IMG/VR virus record: IMGVR_UViG_3300045988_091239
Span: 1 to 44,103 of that record
Length of the DNA: 44,103 nucleotides
Reading direction: 5' to 3' (one strand)
Origin: a virus
A program made the translations under genes and the position numbers. The first letter of the stretch is position 1. Each line of letters starts with the position of its first letter. Below, in pieces: positions 7,984 through 14,599 of the stretch. The notes under the pieces were generated by a model, which did not search any database, had not been told where the DNA came from, and saw only the letters and a list, made by a program, of their open reading frames with translations.

Positions 7984-8671
7984 ATTAAGAAACACACATA
8001 TAAAGCTTGTTTCGAGGTCACGCAACAAACTTGCCAAAGTATAAATGGTTTCTGAAAGTCGATGCAGGGACAGAAGAGTAAAAAAACAAAGAAGCCTAAG
8101 CCCTTGGTGGTATGGTGAGCGGTCTGCATAACTCCTACCAACGCAAAACATCGTATGCGCGTTGATGTTGGCCCGAAAGGGTGCGGTTGAAAGCCTGAAA
8201 AGATAACCGCTTAAAGTGGCTGATGCCCTTGGAGTTGGGGCGTGGAACTCACCACGCGCTAAAAAAGAGGAACTTCGCACATGCGGACAATAGCCTGTAA
8301 AGTTGGGGTGTTCAAAAAATCCGTAGAGTACGCATTATGCGTAAGTACCCACTTAATCTAGGCATGGCACTTGTAAACCTTTTAGGTTATGCAAGAGTGG
8401 TTGGGCAATAATGTGAGTGAAACCCCGTAGAACTCTACTCACTTAGTGTTGAATGCGCACGAAACAGCACTTATTCAATAAGTGCAGCATCAAGGAGGAC
8501 GCTCCTTGCGCAGGTCAGCAATGCGCTGAAAGCTGAAATCCGCAACGGTGACCAACTATGAAAGCTAGTAGTTTGGTGCTAAGCAAGCGGCAAAGGGCAA
8601 GCCCACGGCTTGGGCTAAGCGAATGCCCCGCGCGGTGTTTTTAGTGTTTTTGACACCGCATTTTTATTTTT
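7984..8671 (+). ncRNA. candidate large (~690 nt) highly structured ncRNA, class not recognised
   Basis: No + strand ORF of 60 aa or more between 7851 and 8622. Flanked by a promoter and an intrinsic terminator. Many local helices, e.g. 8104-8114/8127-8141, GCCC-GAAA-GGGT 8171-8182, 8183-8188/8205-8210, 8240-8257, 8329-8343, 8368-8399, 8413-8418/8437-8442, 8467-8485, 8491-8508, 8551-8577, 8598-8612. Confidence 0.6.
8632..8671 (+). terminator. intrinsic terminator ending the ncRNA candidate
   Basis: GCGGTGT (8632-8638) pairs with ACACCGC (8653-8659), followed by ATTTTTATTTTT. Confidence 0.65.
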
Positions 8672-8679
8672 CTAAAAAG

Positions 8680-8913
8680 ATGGAGGAACTAACTATGACG
8701 AACTTTCTGAACTTTAAGGCGGCAAAAAATTCCGACCTTTGGTGGCTTTGCCTAGCAGATGCCGCAGGCGGCATTCTCGATGAGAGGGATAGTTGGTTGG
8801 CAGTAATTGATGTAAGGGTTGGGCGTAATCTTACAGCCTGTGGCCATAAGTTCCGCATGCCCAGTTTTGACAATTTAAGCCGCGGATGGGTACGTAGGAA
8901 TGTACCCCAATAG
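8680..8913 (+). CDS. hypothetical protein
   Basis: ATG at 8680 in a CTAAAAAGATG context. The track's upstream extension (8623) runs through the terminator hairpin. Confidence 0.4.
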   Translation: MEELTMTNFLNFKAAKNSDLWWLCLADAAGGILDERDSWLAVIDVRVGRNLTACGHKFRMPSFDNLSRGWVRRNVPQ

Positions 8914-9026
8914 GCTGCCTATTCTGTGTTATGCCACACAGCGAACAAGGACAAAAAGCACATTATAAAGGCCAATGGCGCGAGCCTTACCAAATCCGTG
9001 CCATAATTTTAAACTCAAAAAAAAAG

Positions 9027-9329
9027 ATGAAGAAGTATATTAGCAATGCTTTCTCCTTGCAGATGCTAGACACTAGCAAGGAGTTGAACGTAAGAGTTAC
9101 CCCAATCAGTGGGGAGGAGTTTAATGGTGCAAAAGCCACGGCCGTGTCTGCCGTAGGTCACCCCGATACCGCGGCCGTTTTGGGCGTTCCATTCAATAGA
9201 ATGAGCCTTAAAATGGAAAAGGGCGATGAATTATTTGTTGCCCAGCTTATTGGCGGCCGTCTGCCAGAGGGTTGCACCGAGTTGCCACAAGGTTTTAAGT
9301 TCACTTTTCTCAAAGTGACACTACTATAA
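9027..9329 (+). CDS. DUF1874 / STIV B116-like protein
   Basis: ATG at 9027 in an AAAAAAAAGATG context. SNAFSLQML...AVGHPDTAAVLG...NRMSLKMEKGDELFVAQ...GGRLPEG resembles the B116-like family from memory. Confidence 0.5.
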   Translation: MKKYISNAFSLQMLDTSKELNVRVTPISGEEFNGAKATAVSAVGHPDTAAVLGVPFNRMSLKMEKGDELFVAQLIGGRLPEGCTELPQGFKFTFLKVTLL

Positions 9330-9335
9330 CTATAT

Positions 9336-9363
9336 GCTAGTAGCCATAACGGCTACTAGCTTT
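9336..9363 (+). terminator. intrinsic terminator
   Basis: GCTAGTAGCC-ataac-GGCTACTAGC, perfect 10-bp stem followed by TTTG. Confidence 0.65.
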
Positions 9364-9377
9364 GTCGTATATAAAAA

Positions 9378-9578
9378 ATGAATATGGAAAATAAAAGAGG
9401 TGGTGCGCGTAAGCGTGCAGGCAGAAAAAAGTTGGGTAAAACCTCGATAATGGTTTACCTATCGCCCGAAAATGCCGAGTTTGTTCGAGAAATGGCAGAG
9501 AAATATTACAAAACGCTGTCCAGTACGGTGGAAGAGTTCATTGTTCAAGCGAGAGAAAGGGCGGGAAATGAGGGTTAA
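9378..9578 (+). CDS. small basic DNA-binding protein, possibly ribbon-helix-helix
   Basis: Arg/Lys-rich N-terminus, then a predicted beta strand (SIMVYLSPE) and helices, as in the CopG/Arc layout. Confidence 0.4.
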   Translation: MNMENKRGGARKRAGRKKLGKTSIMVYLSPENAEFVREMAEKYYKTLSSTVEEFIVQARERAGNEG

Positions 9579-9894
9579 CAAACCTAACTATGCCGAAATA
9601 TCAAGGCGTAGCGTTCGCGCGGACTTCGCGCCGCGTAAATTCCAACGTGAAATAAGAAAGGAAAGGCCGCAAAGTGATGATGTACGCAGAATAGCGTTTG
9701 TTAATCCGAATAGCGGCTATTTCAAGTATAAAAACTTACTTCTAGGCAAACAAGTGCGCTTACTTCGTGAGGCCATTCTTGGCGGTTGGTTTTGTGAGTT
9801 TCTGAACGACAACGACCGAAAGGCCGTCAATGATGCGGCAGGGTGGAGCAATGAAAAAAAAGAATACTTGTTTGATGGGGTGAAATTCAAATAA
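9568..9894 (+). CDS. hypothetical protein
   Basis: ATG at 9568 within the 9472..9894 ORF; overlaps the previous stop. Confidence 0.45.
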   Translation: MRVNKPNYAEISRRSVRADFAPRKFQREIRKERPQSDDVRRIAFVNPNSGYFKYKNLLLGKQVRLLREAILGGWFCEFLNDNDRKAVNDAAGWSNEKKEYLFDGVKFK

Positions 9895-9895
9895 A

Positions 9896-9985
9896 ATGAG
9901 TGACAAGTTAATAGAAAACATATTTGGGCTAACAGCCTTTATAGTTGTTTTCGTAGTTTATTACCTAACAATTAGAGAAAAATGA
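9896..9985 (+). CDS. 29-aa single-TM mini-protein (below the ORF-track cutoff)
   Basis: MSDKLIENIFGLTAFIVVFVVYYLTIREK; its stop overlaps the next start (ATGA). Confidence 0.35.
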   Translation: MSDKLIENIFGLTAFIVVFVVYYLTIREK

Positions 9986-10095
9986 AAGCTGAAAACGGTT
10001 ACAAATTGGTGTTTTGGGGTTTTGTTCTATTGACCTTATTCTGTTACATCTACACACTAGTAGATGTTGTTAGCACAATCTTTAAAGTATTCTGA
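9982..10095 (+). CDS. 37-aa single-TM mini-protein (below the ORF-track cutoff)
   Basis: MKAENGYKLVFWGFVLLTLFCYIYTLVDVVSTIFKVF; ends 2 nt before ssb. Confidence 0.35.
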   Translation: MKAENGYKLVFWGFVLLTLFCYIYTLVDVVSTIFKVF

Positions 10096-10097
10096 TT

Positions 10098-10397
10098 ATG
10101 GCAATCAACAAAGTTATATTACTGGGTAATGTCGGCAATGCGCCTAAAATGTACACTTTTGACGATGGAAGAAAAGCCGCGCAAATATCATTGGCAACAT
10201 CCACGCCCGAATACCAAAAAAAAGACGGCACGAAAGTGAATGCCGTGACAGAGTGGCACAATGTGGTATTATACACGCCACTGGCCGAAATCGCGGAGAA
10301 GTACGTTCATAAGGGGATAAACTCTACATTGAGGGGCGTGTACATTATCGCAATTACGAGGAGAATGGCGTTAAGCATTTCTTTACCGAAATTATAG
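10098..10397 (+). CDS. ssb: single-stranded DNA-binding protein, as-assembled reading frame (OB fold interrupted after ...AEKYVHKG)
   Basis: MAINKVILLGNVGNAPK...TEWHNVVLYTPLAEIAEKYVHKG is canonical SSB. The sequence after the G4 run (10313-10316) is out of frame. Confidence 0.8.
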   Translation: MAINKVILLGNVGNAPKMYTFDDGRKAAQISLATSTPEYQKKDGTKVNAVTEWHNVVLYTPLAEIAEKYVHKGINSTLRGVYIIAITRRMALSISLPKL

Positions 10398-10519
10398 CAT
10401 TGCAAATGGAACTTTTGACCCCAAAGCCAAAGCAGCCAACGCCCGAACCATACGCCGCACCACTGCAAGAGCAGAGTGCGCAGCCGGCGCAAGGCAATTC
10501 AGATGATTTACCATTTTAA
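10316..10519 (+). pseudogene. ssb: SSB C-terminal segment in the -1 frame (frameshifted continuation)
   Basis: The -1 frame reads DKLYIEGRVHYRNYEENGVKHFFTEIIALQMELL...GNSDDLPF*, that is, the rest of the OB fold, a Pro/Gln linker and the canonical acidic DDLPF tip. Confidence 0.8.
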
Positions 10520-10532
10520 GTAAAAAACATAT

Positions 10533-11030
10533 ATGCAAATCGACCCTAAAAAATATGATGCTGAAAAGCATGAGAAGTATTGCGCATTGAGCGTTAAACA
10601 GCCTTTCGCGGATGATTTAGTAAGCGTGGCTAGCACTGATGTAGACGGCAATTCTTATGGCGTTAAGAGCATTGAAGTACGTAGCAAATGCACGACTTAT
10701 CGAGGTAAGTTGTTGATTTGTAGTAGTAAGTCGCCCAAAATACCAAACTTGCAAAGTGGCTGCATACTGGGCTTTGTCGAGGTGTATGGCGTGAAACGTG
10801 TAGAGGACTTTACACAAGAAGATTGGGACAAGACACGAATACCACGCGCGCGCCGTGCAGAGATTAAAAGCGGCTGGGGGTGGTTAGTACGAAACCCTAT
10901 CAGAGTAGTTGAATTGCCAATTAAAGGGCAACTAGGCATTTTCAAGGCCGTTTTTGAAAAGGGCGATATTGTCGAATATCCACAAGTTTGCAAAGTCGAT
11001 AAAGAAGATTTTGAATTACTCAACAAATAA
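10533..11030 (+). CDS. ASCH (PUA-like) domain protein
   Basis: ALSVKQPFADDLV...KSIEVRSKCTTYRGKLLICSS matches the ASCH N-terminal pattern from memory. Confidence 0.5.
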   Translation: MQIDPKKYDAEKHEKYCALSVKQPFADDLVSVASTDVDGNSYGVKSIEVRSKCTTYRGKLLICSSKSPKIPNLQSGCILGFVEVYGVKRVEDFTQEDWDKTRIPRARRAEIKSGWGWLVRNPIRVVELPIKGQLGIFKAVFEKGDIVEYPQVCKVDKEDFELLNK

Positions 11031-11036
11031 AAAAAG

Positions 11037-11267
11037 ATGGAAAACGAATTAAAGAAAATCGAAAGCGGAATAAAAGAACTTATGGCGGCCGTTGAAAGGC
11101 AGCGTAATGAGTTGAACAAGTCCGCTAGCGTTAGGCGCACAAAGATGTCGCGTGACGAGAAAAAAGTAAGGGAGCAATTGTTCTCATGCAAGACTTATTT
11201 GCGTTTCGCAAAAACAAGCATTGAGAACGTACGCCAAAGTGTCCAATCAATCAAAGAAAACGCGTGA
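11037..11267 (+). CDS. hypothetical coiled-coil protein
   Basis: 76-aa ORF, AAAAAGATG start context. Confidence 0.45.
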   Translation: MENELKKIESGIKELMAAVERQRNELNKSASVRRTKMSRDEKKVREQLFSCKTYLRFAKTSIENVRQSVQSIKENA

Positions 11268-11539
11268 GTTATGGAATTTTAAAAATATATTACGGGCAAA
11301 TAAGGGAGTGGTTGGCAAAGAACGAAAATAACAGCATTATTGTTATAGTCAACGAATGCAAAGAAGATGGGAAAAGTGATATTTTTTCATCAATTGAGGG
11401 AAATTCACACCTTCTAATCACATCACTTGCCCAACATTTAGACAAAAGCCAATCATTTAGGAAAATTCTAGGTGATGCGCAGTATCTGTGCGCCGAGGTG
11501 AAAAAAAGAGTAAAGAAAACTAAACAATTACGACAATGA
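11264..11539 (+). CDS. hypothetical protein (GTG start overlapping the previous stop)
   Basis: No in-frame ATG; GTGA overlap with the upstream gene. Confidence 0.4.
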   Translation: MSYGILKIYYGQIREWLAKNENNSIIVIVNECKEDGKSDIFSSIEGNSHLLITSLAQHLDKSQSFRKILGDAQYLCAEVKKRVKKTKQLRQ

Positions 11540-11892
11540 TAGAACAAGAATTAGAACAAGAATACTTGCAAAAGTCGCGAGAAATTGAAAATCAAATAAA
11601 GGCTTTGTATTCAAAGCAAAAAGACTTGGATGCAGCATACATAGAGCGTTGCGCCCCTTTTGACGTTGGTACAAAACTTATTGTTCGCAACAAGTTCAGC
11701 AATAAAACGTTTGTCTGTTGGGTCGTTGGCTATTGTGTCGAATATAATAAAATTGTTATGTTCTACAACGATGCGAAAAACAATGGTGAACGTTCGATGC
11801 GCCAATATAAGGCCAACATTTCTAATCTAGAAATGCGAATTTGCGATGATGACAAAGATAACAAAGATAGGGCGGACGGCCTTTTGTTTTAA
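11536..11892 (+). CDS. hypothetical protein
   Basis: ATGA overlap with the upstream gene; 118 aa. Confidence 0.5.
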   Translation: MIEQELEQEYLQKSREIENQIKALYSKQKDLDAAYIERCAPFDVGTKLIVRNKFSNKTFVCWVVGYCVEYNKIVMFYNDAKNNGERSMRQYKANISNLEMRICDDDKDNKDRADGLLF

Positions 11893-12031
11893 CGTCAAAA
11901 GCCTAGGCAAAAACAAGATTGTAACGCCTTACATTTCCATTTCGGTTATTAACGGAATTGATATTTGTGTAGATGTGTGTATAGTGGCATTATTTTGGCA
12001 AGCTTGCTTGCGTTTTATATGTCTGAAAAAC

Positions 12032-12062
12032 TTTGATAAGTGAAAGAAAATCACTATATTTG
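12032..12062 (+). promoter_or_regulatory. Bacteroidetes-type promoter (TTTG 12032-12035, 19-nt spacer, TATATTTG 12055-12062)
   Basis: Exact TTTG-N19-TAnnTTTG, followed by the GCATGTAAATAAACAAG box related to the other promoter boxes. Confidence 0.7.
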
Positions 12063-12093
12063 CATGTAAATAAACAAGTAAAAAACAAAAAAG

Positions 12094-12675
12094 ATGAAAG
12101 AAGAAAATTGGCTATCCCTCAATGAGGAAAAGAAGAAAGAATTTGCCGAATTATTTGGTAAGGTCTTTGGGGAGAATGTTGAAGAGCGCATGTGTGATTT
12201 TCAACTGTTCTTTGAAAAGTTCAGAGGGATGGAACTCACTAATAGTTCTCATATTCGGCCAGATGGTGAACCGCCTTATAGCCGCAAGGATATAGAGTGG
12301 ATTGTGGCGAGAGCCGTGGGCGCATTCTATCATATAGTAACTTTGTGTGGGTTTGATTTCGCGACTTTGTTGGTACACAGCATCGAGCGTGTAAGAAACA
12401 ATATGTACAAGCCCAAAGAAAGGCCAAATGGCGGTGTACTCGATTGTCGAGAGTACACTTTGGAGTATGTCCAAAATGGGGTGATATTCGAGAATAACCT
12501 TGCGAAAGAGGTTAATGTCTTCGAGTTTGAAGAAAGCGTTTCAAAAGCCTTGTCCGTTCGTAGTGTAAGAGAAAGGTTGGGCGCGCTAATTATGTCAGAT
12601 ATTGAATACATCGTTAACGAGGACGATGGGAACAAATATAAAGTTGAAGTTGTTATCAAGAAAGAAGATTGCTAG
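12094..12675 (+). CDS. hypothetical protein
   Basis: 193-aa ORF, AAAAAAGATG start. Confidence 0.5.
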   Translation: MKEENWLSLNEEKKKEFAELFGKVFGENVEERMCDFQLFFEKFRGMELTNSSHIRPDGEPPYSRKDIEWIVARAVGAFYHIVTLCGFDFATLLVHSIERVRNNMYKPKERPNGGVLDCREYTLEYVQNGVIFENNLAKEVNVFEFEESVSKALSVRSVRERLGALIMSDIEYIVNEDDGNKYKVEVVIKKEDC

Positions 12676-12751
12676 TTTATTAATTATTGTTTGTAGGATG
12701 GTAGAGCGCGAGAGCGTTCTGCCATTTTTCCACAAAATAAAAAGCGTAAAA

Positions 12752-13663
12752 ATGGAGCAAAAAGACAACATACAGCCAACCAATACGGGATATAGCCGCG
12801 TAAACGATGAGTTACGCGACAAGCTAGCGCATGGTGAAGACAATGCGGAGTATAACGAGTTTGTAGACAAATTCAAGAAAAAGAGGACTTCGGACGATTG
12901 TTATACGCCTACTAACGTATTTGATGCCGTTGTCGATTGGTGCGAAAAGGAATATAACATTGACCGAAACAAGATTGTGCGGCCTTTCTATCCGAATGGA
13001 GATTACAAAACATTCCAATATGGAAAGGATTGTATAGTTTTGGACAATCCGCCATTCTCGATTTTGGCAGAAATTACGCGCTTTTACGTTGAGAATGGCA
13101 TAAAGTTCTTTTTATTCGCTCCATCATTGACTTTGTTCAACTCGTGTACGACTTGCACGGCTGTATGTGTAGGTGCTGAAATAATCTACGAGAACAAAGC
13201 CAATATCAACACATCATTTGTTACTAACATGAATGGTAACACGCGGTTGAGGTCTGCTCCAAGCCTTTACCAAGCGATAAAGGCGGCAAACGAGGAAAAC
13301 CAAGGCAAGAAAAGGCCAATACCGAAATATAAATATCCCTCACATGTCGTTACGGCCGCCAGCATATCGTACTTATCTAAGTATGGCATAGAGTTTAGCG
13401 CGGACGAGTTGGAAACTCAGAGGATAGCCGCACTAGACGAACAAAGAAAGGCAAAGAAGACGATTTTTGGAAGTGGCTATTTACTTTGCAGCGAGAAAGC
13501 ACAAGAAAACGAACGCGCACGACTTCTAGCTGAACTAAATTCAGATACGAAGATATGGAATTTATCCGAGAACGAAATAGAGAAGATAAAGCAACTAGAC
13601 AGAGGACACGCAGAGTTATTGAGAATTAGGCGTGAAGAGTTCAGACGGATGGGGCAAGAATAG
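12752..13663 (+). CDS. DNA methyltransferase (N6-adenine or N4-cytosine type; DNPPF motif)
   Basis: ATG at 12752 within the 12602..13663 ORF. TSDDCYTPTNVFDAVVDW followed by IVLDNPPFS (catalytic (D/N)PP(F/Y) motif). Confidence 0.65.
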   Translation: MEQKDNIQPTNTGYSRVNDELRDKLAHGEDNAEYNEFVDKFKKKRTSDDCYTPTNVFDAVVDWCEKEYNIDRNKIVRPFYPNGDYKTFQYGKDCIVLDNPPFSILAEITRFYVENGIKFFLFAPSLTLFNSCTTCTAVCVGAEIIYENKANINTSFVTNMNGNTRLRSAPSLYQAIKAANEENQGKKRPIPKYKYPSHVVTAASISYLSKYGIEFSADELETQRIAALDEQRKAKKTIFGSGYLLCSEKAQENERARLLAELNSDTKIWNLSENEIEKIKQLDRGHAELLRIRREEFRRMGQE

Positions 13664-13692
13664 ACTAACATAGGCAGAAATATACATAAACA

Positions 13693-13716
13693 ATTAAGTA
13701 ACAAGGGGTTAGTTAT
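13693..13716 (+). promoter_or_regulatory. conserved 24-nt box ATTAAGTAACAAGGGGTTAGTTAT abutting the terS start
   Basis: 21/24 identical to 19233-19256 upstream of the scaffold-like gene; a degenerate third copy lies at 34460-34483. Confidence 0.45.
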
Positions 13717-14239
13717 GAAGTACACGAAAGAAGTAAAAAAAATAATATTCGATGCGATAGCCGCAGGCGATACGCAAGTACAGGCATGCGTAAAGGCAGG
13801 GGTGAAAGAGAAAACGTTTTATCAGTGGAGGGCGCAAAAAAGTGAGTTCGCAGACCTTGTAAAGAAAGCCCATGAGAAGTATAGGGAAACTTTGCAGCAC
13901 AAATTAGAAAATGCGTTGTGGAAAAAAGCCACTGGTTACGCCGAAACAGAAACAGAAACAGAATACACGCAGGACAAGGACGGCAATTTGGTAGTAAGGC
14001 GTAGAAAGTTGCGCGAAAAGCGTTACTCGCCCGATACGGCCGCACTTATATTCGCATTGTGTAATATCGCGCCAGAGAAATGGAAGAACATGAGGAATAT
14101 ACAAAGTGAGGATATTACGGACAGACCGCAAGAAGATTTGACCAAATACCACTTTGAGGGCATTTCGGATGATATTCTGTGTAACATTGCCGATGCCTTG
14201 CAGGATGCTAGGGCAGAGGAGGAGAGTAACAAGAAATAA
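13715..14239 (+). CDS. terS: terminase small subunit
   Basis: N-terminal HTH-like segment (IAAGDTQVQACVKAGVKEKTFYQW), ...DTAALIFALCNIAPEKWKN motif, and position upstream of terL. Confidence 0.6.
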   Translation: MKYTKEVKKIIFDAIAAGDTQVQACVKAGVKEKTFYQWRAQKSEFADLVKKAHEKYRETLQHKLENALWKKATGYAETETETEYTQDKDGNLVVRRRKLREKRYSPDTAALIFALCNIAPEKWKNMRNIQSEDITDRPQEDLTKYHFEGISDDILCNIADALQDARAEEESNKK

Positions 14240-14252
14240 GGGGGCTTTTTTT

Positions 14253-14492
14253 ATGGTAAGAGGATTTAGGACAACACCAAAGGGGAGAGCAAAAGCCGAA
14301 AAGGCGGTGCAGCTGTGCAGAGAGTGCGCGCGCGCTACATGGGTAATGAAGTGGGCGCATATAGACTTAGAGGGCAACCCAATTTGTTTAACTTGCCCAT
14401 ACTCAAAGGCTTACATATTACGCAGAACAAACGCGCATGATTGTGAGCACTATGTCAAAGGCACGCCGAAAGTAGGCGAAAAAAGTTTTTAA
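14253..14492 (+). CDS. hypothetical small Cys-rich (zinc-ribbon-like) protein
   Basis: ATG at 14253 within the 14154..14492 ORF; CRECA...CLTCP cysteine pairs. Confidence 0.4.
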   Translation: MVRGFRTTPKGRAKAEKAVQLCRECARATWVMKWAHIDLEGNPICLTCPYSKAYILRRTNAHDCEHYVKGTPKVGEKSF

Positions 14493-14523
14493 TTATTTTA
14501 CAAACTCCCTTTATCTCCCCTTG

Positions 14524-14580
14524 GGGGCGACTAATACTAAGTAGTTGATAATCAGCGATAAGTATTTTTCGCCCCTTTTT
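14524..14580 (+). terminator. long interrupted hairpin plus T5 between the Cys-rich ORF and terL
   Basis: GGGGCGA (14524-14530)/TCGCCCC (14569-14575) and AATACT (14533-14538)/AGTATT (14561-14566), followed by TTTTT. Confidence 0.45.
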
Positions 14581-14599
14581 GCTTAAAACTTTACAAAAC

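Noticed and set aside
7906-8280. 124-aa minus-strand ORF inside the ORF-free interval
   Set aside because: It is the only sizeable minus-strand candidate in a genome transcribed entirely on the + strand. It runs antisense through the promoter box, has an S/R/L/F/C-rich composition typical of chance ORFs, and has no plausible start context.
7851-8679. Group I/II intron, HEARO/omega-RNA, tmRNA, RNase P or tRNA identity for the structured region
   Set aside because: No interrupted host gene flanks it. I saw no group II domain-V-like motif or intron-encoded protein. The upstream HNH ORF is only 142 aa, lacks RuvC motifs and lies 5' of the RNA, unlike IscB/HEARO. I found no GGTTCGAATCC-type T-arm (the nearest, GGTTGAAAGCC at 8185-8195, lacks the conserved C), no tRNA-like acceptor end, and no GAGGAAAGTCC RNase P motif. 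These are visual checks only; cmscan is still needed.
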